Positions 1 to 6,899 of a DNA stretch of 64,000 bases are shown here, piece by piece; the stretch's first letter is position 1, and every line of letters begins with the position of its first letter. The stretch spans positions 116,239 through 180,238 of the forward strand of contig JACROH010000001.1 of the NCBI GenBank assembly GCA_016214545.1, written 5' to 3'. The DNA comes from Candidatus Lloydbacteria bacterium (GTDB taxonomy: Bacteria > Patescibacteriota > Minisyncoccia > Phycocordibacterales > 21-14-all-47-15). The notes beneath the pieces are model-generated. The model was not told the origin of the DNA, did not search any database, and worked only from the letters and a program-made list of their open reading frames with translations. The translations under genes and the position numbers were made by a program.

Positions 1-141
1 GAAGATGAGACCATCAAAAAAGGCCTTCGGCTCGGTGCGGAAGATTACTTGGTAAAATCAAGCCATGCACTTGCCGAGATTGTGGAGAAGGTCAAGAATT
101 TTTTTGCCGAGGGTAAGCATCTGAAATCTCAAACGCTCTAA
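1..141 (+). CDS. 3' end of a response-regulator (CheY-like receiver) domain protein; 5'-partial, runs off the window start
   Basis: Frame 1 translates EDETIKKGLRLGAEDYLVKSSHALAEIVEKVKNFFAEGKHLKSQTL and stops at TAA 139-141. The GA-DYLVK motif is typical of the last helix of receiver domains. Confidence 0.45.
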   Translation, partial: EDETIKKGLRLGAEDYLVKSSHALAEIVEKVKNFFAEGKHLKSQTL

Positions 142-177
142 AAATCTGCAGAAGTCAGACTTCTACAGAGAGTCTCC

Positions 178-2259
178 ATGTTTTCATTAAAAACGACTTC
201 ACGATTGGTGATAGGAATGCTCGTTGTTCAGATGCTCTATTCGTTTTTTCCTATCGGAGTTTTGGCTAGTACCGGAACTTTTAATTCTACCGCCGACGCC
301 TATCTCTCAAGCGGTTCGCCAAATGCCAACAACAGCACGGGCATCATTATGGACCTAATCAACACGAGAGATGGAGTCGTTCGCTTTGACACGAGCTCTA
401 TACCTTCGGGCTCGACGATTACTTCGGCAACGCTGACGTTGGTAGCGACCGCGGTCGGTAGCGCCACGTCGATTAAAAATTATGGGGCGCATCGCATATT
501 GGTTGATTGGACTGAAAGTACGGTTACCTGGAATACTCCCGGCAGTACGGCCGGGACCCATTTTGCGACTTCGCCGACGGATACGGTTGCCGTTTCTACC
601 GCCGGCTCATATAGCTGGAATGTGACGAGCGATGTGGCGAGTTTCATCGCCGGAAGCGCTACCAATTATGGCTGGCGTATTATTTGGTCTTCAAACACAA
701 GCGGCACCAATAAACAAGTTGATTTTGGAACAAAAGAAAATACTACGGCGTCTAATCGACCGGTTTTGAGCGTTACCTATACCACTCCCGACACTATCGC
801 GCCATCGGCGGTTTCAGACCTTGCCCTTTCGAGTCCTTCAAATTCTGCGATAACTGTTTCATGGACGGCTCCGGGAGATGATGCTTCCACCGGCACTGCG
901 GCGAGCTATGATTTACGCTATTCAACTTCTGCGATTACTTCCGGCAATTTCAGTTCAGCTACTGCGGTCACCGGTGAGCCAACGCCGTTAGTCGCTGGCA
1001 CTTCTCAATCAATGACGGTCACAGGTCTTTCTCCAAGCACCACCTACTATTTCGCCATCAAAACTTCCGATGAAGTTCCGAATACCTCGGCAATCTCAAA
1101 TGTTCCGAGCTTGGCAACGACGGCAACCCCCGACACTACCGCGCCATCGGCGGTTTCAGATCTGGCCGCGTCGGGCGCAACCGCGTCGTCAGTCCTTCTT
1201 TCGTGGACGGCTCCCGGTGATGACGCCTCCACCGGCACTGCGACAAGTTATGAAATCCGCTACTCCACAAGCAATATCACCGATGGAAATTATTCCGGAG
1301 CGACCCAGGTGAGTGGAGAGCCTGCGCCGCAAGCGGCGGGGGCCAGTCAATCAATGACGGTCACAGGTCTTTCTCCAAGCACTACCTACTATTTCGCTAT
1401 CAAAACTTCAGATGAGGTGCCGAATGCCTCGGCGATTTCGAATGTGCCGAGTTTGGCAACGACGGCAAGCGGCGGTGGGGGCGGCGGAGGAACAGAGACA
1501 TCAAGTTCGGGTGGTGCCGGGGCCGCCGTGTTGCCGACCAGGGTGGTCATTTCCGGGCAAGCATACCCGGGTGCAAAAGTGGATTTGCTCCGAAAAAGCA
1601 TTCAAGACGAGATATACCGAAATACGCCGGAAGCTATCTCAACCGTGTCCGCCGACGGCACTTTTTTCATACAGCTCACGGCGCTTCTCCAGGGGCAGTA
1701 TTTCTTTGCGCTTCGCATCGCAGATAAAGACGACAGAAAGACCGGCAACATCGCTTTTAACGTTGATTTGACGAGTGCAAATGAGCTTGTCGCGCGAGAT
1801 CTTTTTGTTCCGCCAACTATTGATTTTGAAACAGCTATCGTTCCGCTTGGAAAAGAAATAAAGGCACAAGGGTATGCCGCTCCCAAAAGCAGTGTTGTCG
1901 TCGAAATTGATGGTATACTGAAAGAGGAAGTGAAATCAGAAGAGGACGGCTTATGGTCTTTTGCGACAAGCACGGCGTCTTTCCGCATAGGGAATCATTA
2001 CGCGCGGGTAAAACAAACGGGCGCAAGCGGCAAAGAAAGCGAGTTCTCATCATCGCGCGCGTTTCGTGTCTCGCTTCTTGCTGTGCCAAAATCGGATTTA
2101 AATAATGACGACAAGATTACTATTGCCGATTGGAGCATCTTTCTTTTCAGGTGGGGCTCCAAAGATACGGCGTTAAGAAGTAAAATTGACATGAACAATG
2201 ACGGGAAAATTGACATTTCAGACTTGAGCATTTTTTTAAAAACGTTAAAGACGCTATAA
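178..2259 (+). CDS. Secreted multidomain surface protein: signal peptide, DNRLRE-like N-terminal domain, two tandem fibronectin-III-like repeats, Gly-rich linker, Ig-like region, C-terminal type-I dockerin
   Basis: 693-aa ORF with a hydrophobic N-terminus; two near-identical repeats (TTPDTIAPSAVSDLA...TTYYFAIKTSDEVPN). The C-terminus DLNNDDKITIADWSIF...DMNNDGKIDISDLSIF forms the duplicated Ca-binding dockerin motif. Confidence 0.85.
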   Translation: MFSLKTTSRLVIGMLVVQMLYSFFPIGVLASTGTFNSTADAYLSSGSPNANNSTGIIMDLINTRDGVVRFDTSSIPSGSTITSATLTLVATAVGSATSIKNYGAHRILVDWTESTVTWNTPGSTAGTHFATSPTDTVAVSTAGSYSWNVTSDVASFIAGSATNYGWRIIWSSNTSGTNKQVDFGTKENTTASNRPVLSVTYTTPDTIAPSAVSDLALSSPSNSAITVSWTAPGDDASTGTAASYDLRYSTSAITSGNFSSATAVTGEPTPLVAGTSQSMTVTGLSPSTTYYFAIKTSDEVPNTSAISNVPSLATTATPDTTAPSAVSDLAASGATASSVLLSWTAPGDDASTGTATSYEIRYSTSNITDGNYSGATQVSGEPAPQAAGASQSMTVTGLSPSTTYYFAIKTSDEVPNASAISNVPSLATTASGGGGGGGTETSSSGGAGAAVLPTRVVISGQAYPGAKVDLLRKSIQDEIYRNTPEAISTVSADGTFFIQLTALLQGQYFFALRIADKDDRKTGNIAFNVDLTSANELVARDLFVPPTIDFETAIVPLGKEIKAQGYAAPKSSVVVEIDGILKEEVKSEEDGLWSFATSTASFRIGNHYARVKQTGASGKESEFSSSRAFRVSLLAVPKSDLNNDDKITIADWSIFLFRWGSKDTALRSKIDMNNDGKIDISDLSIFLKTLKTL
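781..1470 (+). repeat. Internal tandem duplication (~345 bp x2, ~85% nt identity) encoding two FN3-like modules inside the dockerin protein gene
   Basis: Direct comparison of 781-1124 with 1125-1470: both carry acaggtctttctccaagcac(c/t)acctactatttcgc(c/t)atcaaaacttc and flanking similarity. Confidence 0.8.
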
Positions 2260-2263
2260 CCAT

Positions 2264-4024
2264 ATGGCAAAAAATTTTTTTACAGTATGTTTTTCACTCC
2301 TTGTCTTTTTCTGGTCGGCTTTTTCGGCAAATGCCGCCACTATTTCTCTTTTGCCGCAAGCGCGCGCTTTTGGCATCGGGCAGGAATTCAGCGTTGATAT
2401 AAAAATTGATACCGAAGAAGCATACATTAACGCAAGCCAGGCGACGGTGCGGTTTCCTGTTAGCGTGCTTGAGCTGGTAAGCGTTGATAAAACAAACTCT
2501 GCTTTTGGTTTTTGGGTTGAGGAGCCGAAAATCTCAAACGATGAAGGCACGCTCATGTTTACCGGCGGTACAACGAGCGGTGTTTCGGGCGGCTCTCTCC
2601 AGATTTTGAAATTGAAATTTAAAGCAAAAGGCACGGGACTCGCCGAGATTGCCCTGCAAGACGCGGCGATCACGGCTTCCGACGGCAAGGGAACGAACGT
2701 TCTCTCGGCACTCAAGGGGACGAGTGTTTCCGTGGGAACGCAAGTTGTTGTCCCGATTGCCCCTTCGGTTCCATCTTCTGTCAAACCATCTGCTCCCGCT
2801 GTCCCTGTCGCTCCGACTGTTGAACCGCAAAAAATAATCCGAGAGGCCGTTGTGGCGCAAAAATTGCCGGAGAAACCGCTGCTTCGGGTCCCGTTATATT
2901 CTGACGCAACCCGTTGGTACAATCACCAAGGAGAAGCGGCTGTCTTTTGGGATGTTCCATCGGACGCTATTGAGGCGGCCGTGGTCGTCGACCATAGCCC
3001 GTTAACGAAGCCGCAAAAGCCTGAACCAGAATTATTAACCGGCAAAAATCTCGGAGTTTTGAAAGAGGGAGAGTGGTATGTTCACGCGCGATTTAGGAAC
3101 AACATCGGATGGGGTGACACCGCGCACTTTAAGATTTCAATTGACGCAACGCCCCCACTGCCGTTTGAAATCAAAGATTCACTCACGAGCGATAATCCAA
3201 CCCCGGAAATAAAATACGAGGCGCACGACGCGCTCTCGGGGGTTTCTCACAATATTCTCTTTCTTGATGGTAAAGAATTCGTGAAAGGGACTACCACTTC
3301 TACCGTATTGCCACCGCTGTTGCCCGGTCCCCATATGGTACTGGTGCGGGTATTTGACTTGGCGGGCAACAGTGCCGAGAGCGATTTAAAATTTGAAATC
3401 TTGCCGCTTGCGACGCCAATCGTTGATTTTGTATCAAGTTCAATAATCCAGGGGGAGTCTCTGTATGCGTCGGGAAAATCAATTCCGAATGCATTTGTCG
3501 ATGTGCGTATAGTAGATAAGCGGCAGCGGGAAGTGATATCGGAGAGCGCAAAAAGTGATAATAGAGGCGATTGGAAAATTTCAATAAATGACCCCCTGCC
3601 AACCGGTACGTACACCATTTCTATCACGGCGCGCGATGAACGGGGAGCGAGGAGTTTCTCTGCGGATGTCGGGGCGCTCAAGGTGCATCCGAGAACCGTA
3701 TTATCATTGGGCGGAGTCGTCGACCTCGGCTGGTTTGAAATTCTCCTTATTTTGATACTCTTTATTACCTCGGCAACCGGACTCTTCGCATGGCAGTATG
3801 TTTCAAAAAATAAGACGCGCGAGGCATATAAAATGATTGTCGGCAGAGACGTCAATAAATTTGTAGACATGCTCGTTTCTTTTTTGAAAGAGTTTGAGAG
3901 CGCCGGAGATTTGAACGAAGACAGCCGTCGCGTAAAACAAAAAGCGCTCATAGAGCAGGCCAGAGAAACGGTTGCAAAAATGAAAAAATACATCGGCGAA
4001 GAAGTGAATAGACTGGGGAAGTAA
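2264..4024 (+). CDS. Membrane-anchored protein with N-terminal signal peptide and cohesin-like domain, C-terminal TM helix and cytoplasmic tail
   Basis: 586-aa ORF; N-terminal AATISLLPQARAFGIGQEFSVDIKIDT...LQILKLKFKAKGTGLAEIAL resembles type-I cohesin. Hydrophobic segment GWFEILLILILFITSATGLFAW near the C-terminus; start lies 5 bp after the dockerin gene stop. Confidence 0.8.
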   Translation: MAKNFFTVCFSLLVFFWSAFSANAATISLLPQARAFGIGQEFSVDIKIDTEEAYINASQATVRFPVSVLELVSVDKTNSAFGFWVEEPKISNDEGTLMFTGGTTSGVSGGSLQILKLKFKAKGTGLAEIALQDAAITASDGKGTNVLSALKGTSVSVGTQVVVPIAPSVPSSVKPSAPAVPVAPTVEPQKIIREAVVAQKLPEKPLLRVPLYSDATRWYNHQGEAAVFWDVPSDAIEAAVVVDHSPLTKPQKPEPELLTGKNLGVLKEGEWYVHARFRNNIGWGDTAHFKISIDATPPLPFEIKDSLTSDNPTPEIKYEAHDALSGVSHNILFLDGKEFVKGTTTSTVLPPLLPGPHMVLVRVFDLAGNSAESDLKFEILPLATPIVDFVSSSIIQGESLYASGKSIPNAFVDVRIVDKRQREVISESAKSDNRGDWKISINDPLPTGTYTISITARDERGARSFSADVGALKVHPRTVLSLGGVVDLGWFEILLILILFITSATGLFAWQYVSKNKTREAYKMIVGRDVNKFVDMLVSFLKEFESAGDLNEDSRRVKQKALIEQARETVAKMKKYIGEEVNRLGK

Positions 4025-4050
4025 AAATAGTATTAGTAGTACAAAAAGAA

Positions 4051-4089
4051 AAATCGCTAAAGCGTGTCTTTAGCGATTTTTCTTTTTTT
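4051..4089 (+). terminator. Rho-independent terminator after the cohesin gene
   Basis: aaatcgctaaag-cgtgtc-tttagcgattt hairpin followed by a T-run. Confidence 0.75.
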
Positions 4090-4140
4090 CCTCTGTCTTG
4101 CGACAGAGTCGGGCCGAAGCCGTTTGTATTTATATGATAC
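4090..4140 (+). repeat. Copy A of a ~50-bp motif: hairpin with TTGCGA loop, then GGCCGAAGCC..TTGTA.TTA.AT.ATAC
   Basis: cctctgtcttgcgacagagtcgggccgaagccgtttgtatttatatgatac; partner copy at 4610-4658. Confidence 0.7.
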
Positions 4141-4204
4141 TTGGCATTGTATCAAAGTCAAACAAAATTTTTGTTTTGCAGCTTTTTGATTTATACTGTT
4201 TGGT

Positions 4205-4588
4205 ATGAAAAAAGATTTTGATAGTTGGAATGGAGCGAAGAAAAAAACAAACGTGGAATATCCTCGCCTCTATACCGTTCGCGAGATATGGTGGTGCCGC
4301 CTCGGTGTAAATATCGGTTCTGAACAGGATGGAAATGGCCGCTCATTTCTCCGCCCAATTGTTATAATGCGTGCGTTTGGTCCAGAAACGTGTGTTGTTG
4401 TTCCTCTTACCACGTCAGAACAGAAACATCCGCTCCGTATTCCCGTTGGAAAGATACAAGAACGGAATGCATCAGCCTTGCTTTCTCAGGTTCGTGTTAT
4501 TGATACTCGTCGCTTGGTAGAAAAGGTGGGGTTTCTTGATAAGGAAACTTTTGAGCGCTTAAGAAAAGCCGTCAGAAATTTGTTCTGA
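4205..4588 (+). CDS. MazF/PemK-family toxin (mRNA interferase), apparently solitary
   Basis: 127 aa; RLGVNIGSEQDGNGRSFLRPIVIM...CVVVPLTTSEQ aligns with the MazF/PemK core (GSEQ.G.RP.vv.s / c.p.Tt). No antitoxin-sized ORF upstream or downstream. Confidence 0.8.
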   Translation: MKKDFDSWNGAKKKTNVEYPRLYTVREIWWCRLGVNIGSEQDGNGRSFLRPIVIMRAFGPETCVVVPLTTSEQKHPLRIPVGKIQERNASALLSQVRVIDTRRLVEKVGFLDKETFERLRKAVRNLF

Positions 4589-4600
4589 CGGCTTTTCTTT
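4564..4600 (+). terminator. Rho-independent terminator after the mazF-like gene
   Basis: aaaagccgtcagaa-atttgt-tctgacggctttt followed by a T-rich run. Confidence 0.75.
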
Positions 4601-4609
4601 TGCTGTTCT

Positions 4610-4658
4610 CCCTCTTGCGAGGGTAAGGCCGAAGCCACTTGTACTTACATATTATACC
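4610..4658 (+). repeat. Copy B of the ~50-bp motif (see 4090-4140)
   Basis: ccctcttgcgagggtaaggccgaagccacttgtacttacatattatacc shares the TTGCGA-loop hairpin, GCCGAAGCC and TTGTA.TTA.AT blocks with copy A. Confidence 0.7.
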
Positions 4659-4667
4659 TTATAATAT
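4639..4667 (+). promoter_or_regulatory. Candidate sigma70-type promoter (TTGTAC-17-TAATAT) for the downstream coiled-coil protein gene
   Basis: Hexamers at 4639-4644 and 4662-4667 with 17-nt spacing, about 70 nt upstream of ATG 4740. Confidence 0.5.
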
Positions 4668-4739
4668 GTAGAGTCAAGCGCATACGGTGCGTATCAGTGC
4701 GTATTGCAAAAAGGCCGAGAAAAGGGCTACAATATCATA

Positions 4740-5993
4740 ATGAAAAAACTATCCACAATCGCTCTCTCGTTGCTTTTGGTAGTCTCTTTTGTTTTGCCCT
4801 CTTCCGCTTTAGCCGCGGCAAGCCCTGGCGTGAAGCCCGGAAGTTTCTTTTATTTTTTTGACACCACTTTTGAAAAAGTGGGGCTCTTTTTTACATTCAA
4901 CCCCGAACAAAAAGCGAGAAAAGCGCTTGAGTATGCCGATGAACGATTGGCGGAAATAGAATCCGTCGCGGAAGAAAAAAATCCCGATGCGGTGAAGACG
5001 GCTCTCGCCGATTATGAAAACAACATCGCGCTCGCCACGGAAAAATCAAAAGAAATAAAAGACAAAGCGCAAGCGGAAAGCCTGCTTACCTCCATTGAAG
5101 ACAACGCTTCAAAAAATCAGGAGGCGTTATCGGCCGTTTTGATTAAAGTGCCCGAAGAAGCAAAGGCGGCGATAGAGCAGGCGATTGAAGCAAGCAAAAA
5201 AGGCCAGGAAGAAGCGGCAAAGCAGGTAGCGGAACTCAAAAAAGAAGTCTCGGAGCTCAAACAAGAGCTTGAGAACGTGAAAGAAAAGCTCAAAGAAAAA
5301 GAAACGGCGCCAAAAGCGGGCGATACTGCTGATGCGAATGACGCGAAAGATGAAGAGAAAGAGGCGGTAGAAGAACTCAAAAGCGAAATAAAAAATCTGA
5401 AACAAGAAATAGATGAACCGGAGGAAATAGAAAGTAAATTATTTAAAAAGCAGTCATATCTTGTTACTCCAAGTGGTGCAAAAGTTGATGAAAAAGGCAA
5501 TATCCTTAATCAAGACGAGCTAGATCTTATAATAGCGGATGTGGCAGAAAAGGATCGAGTGAAAAAAGAAAGTCTTTGGAGAAAAAAAATAGCTGAGAAT
5601 AAAATCTTAAAAGAAAAGCAAGATGAACAAAACATTATCGCAGACGAATTAAGAAGACTGGAAATCGTTGATAGTCTTAACAGAGAATATGGAATGAAAA
5701 TAAATAATTTAAAGAAACAACTTATTGAAATAAATATTTTGGATAATGGAATTAAAGCTACCGAGATACTTAGGTTTTACGGAAATAAAACATCACAATA
5801 CCCGGATTTTATCGATACTGATTTTAAAAAACAAGCAATAATAACAATCTATAATAAATTAGATAATATTAATCCTGTTAGTCGAAGTTCTGGTCACGTT
5901 ATAGAATTTATTAGAGAACAAACCTCTTCAATAAATACTCAAATATATTTACTTCAAAATGAACTAGAAAGGAAGCTTTTAGAAATTAAATAA
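4740..5993 (+). CDS. Secreted coiled-coil protein of unknown function with an AT-rich C-terminal module
   Basis: Start at the MKKLSTIALSLLLVVSFVLPSSALA signal peptide (ATG 4740, within the longer ORF 4704). Long E/K/A-rich heptad-like region; the last ~190 codons drop to ~30% GC. Confidence 0.8.
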   Translation: MKKLSTIALSLLLVVSFVLPSSALAAASPGVKPGSFFYFFDTTFEKVGLFFTFNPEQKARKALEYADERLAEIESVAEEKNPDAVKTALADYENNIALATEKSKEIKDKAQAESLLTSIEDNASKNQEALSAVLIKVPEEAKAAIEQAIEASKKGQEEAAKQVAELKKEVSELKQELENVKEKLKEKETAPKAGDTADANDAKDEEKEAVEELKSEIKNLKQEIDEPEEIESKLFKKQSYLVTPSGAKVDEKGNILNQDELDLIIADVAEKDRVKKESLWRKKIAENKILKEKQDEQNIIADELRRLEIVDSLNREYGMKINNLKKQLIEINILDNGIKATEILRFYGNKTSQYPDFIDTDFKKQAIITIYNKLDNINPVSRSSGHVIEFIREQTSSINTQIYLLQNELERKLLEIK

Positions 5994-6014
5994 GGCCGAT
6001 TATTACCTTCTAAC

Positions 6015-6050
6015 AAAACCAACCTTTTAAAAGGTTGGTTTTGTTTTGTT
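6015..6050 (+). terminator. Rho-independent terminator between the coiled-coil gene and pheS
   Basis: aaaaccaacctttt-aa-aaggttggtttt followed by gttttgtt. Confidence 0.7.
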
Positions 6051-6075
6051 GAAAATCTTCGCTATACTGAAGAAT

Positions 6076-6804
6076 ATGGAAAAAAGTGGGCATTTGCATC
6101 CGCTTACGCATGTTATCCGCCATATGGTGGGTATTTTTCGCGAGCTTGGGTTTCAGGTGGCAGAAGGGCCGGAAATTGAAACCGAACACTATAACTTTGA
6201 CGCGCTGAACATTCCCAAAGACCATCCGGCGCGGGATATGTGGGATACCTTTTGGCTTAAACCGCAAAATAGAGGTTTGCTTTTGCGCACGCACACGTCG
6301 CCTGTGCAGATTCGCTACATGGAAAAACATAAGCCGCCGATACGGATTATCGTGCCCGGTAAAGTGTTTCGGTATGAAGCGACCGACAGCACGCACGAAG
6401 CGCAGTTTTATCAGCTGGAAGGGCTTCTCATAGATAAAGATATTTCGCTCGCGCATTTGAAGGGCGTGCTTGGAAAGTTTTTTGAAGGGCTTTTTGGTAG
6501 GCAGACGGCAGTGCGTTTGCGCCCGAGCTACTTTCCGTTCGTTGAGCCGGGGGTGGAGGTGGACGTATCGTGTTTCAAGTGCGGAGGCAGGGGGTGCGGG
6601 CTTTGCAAAGAGAGCGGCTGGATTGAGATCATGGGGGCGGGCATGGTGCACCCGAACGTGCTCCGCGGCGTGGGCATAGACGAGCGGGAGTGGCAGGGCT
6701 TTGCCTTCGGCATCGGGATTGACCGCGTGGCGATGCTGAAATACGGTATAGACGATATCCGTCTCTTGTACCAAGGCGATTTGCGAGTGGTGAATCAATT
6801 CTAA
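6076..6804 (+). CDS. pheS: Phenylalanine--tRNA ligase alpha subunit (short form lacking the N-terminal coiled coil)
   Basis: Class-II aaRS motifs ([30 protein letters not shown]). The ORF opens at TTG 6046, but that overlaps the upstream terminator T-run, so ATG 6076 (MEKSGHLHP) is preferred. Confidence 0.85.
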   Translation: MEKSGHLHPLTHVIRHMVGIFRELGFQVAEGPEIETEHYNFDALNIPKDHPARDMWDTFWLKPQNRGLLLRTHTSPVQIRYMEKHKPPIRIIVPGKVFRYEATDSTHEAQFYQLEGLLIDKDISLAHLKGVLGKFFEGLFGRQTAVRLRPSYFPFVEPGVEVDVSCFKCGGRGCGLCKESGWIEIMGAGMVHPNVLRGVGIDEREWQGFAFGIGIDRVAMLKYGIDDIRLLYQGDLRVVNQF

Positions 6805-6899
6805 ATGGAATCACGAATTATGAGTCATGAATTATGAATAAAATTCGTCTCGCTGTTTTTTATTCTTGATTCATAATTCCTGGTTCTTAATTCATAAAT
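6805..6899 (+). promoter_or_regulatory. pheS-pheT intergenic region with AT-rich inverted repeats (gaattatgaataa / ttattcttgattcataattc)
   Basis: Repeated gaattatga and attcataa words form a potential long stem-loop between the two subunit genes. Confidence 0.35.

Noticed and set aside
6010-6798. 262-aa minus-strand ORF
   Set aside because: Completely antisense to pheS, whose class-II synthetase motifs are unambiguous. High-GC antisense ORFs of this kind are common artefacts.
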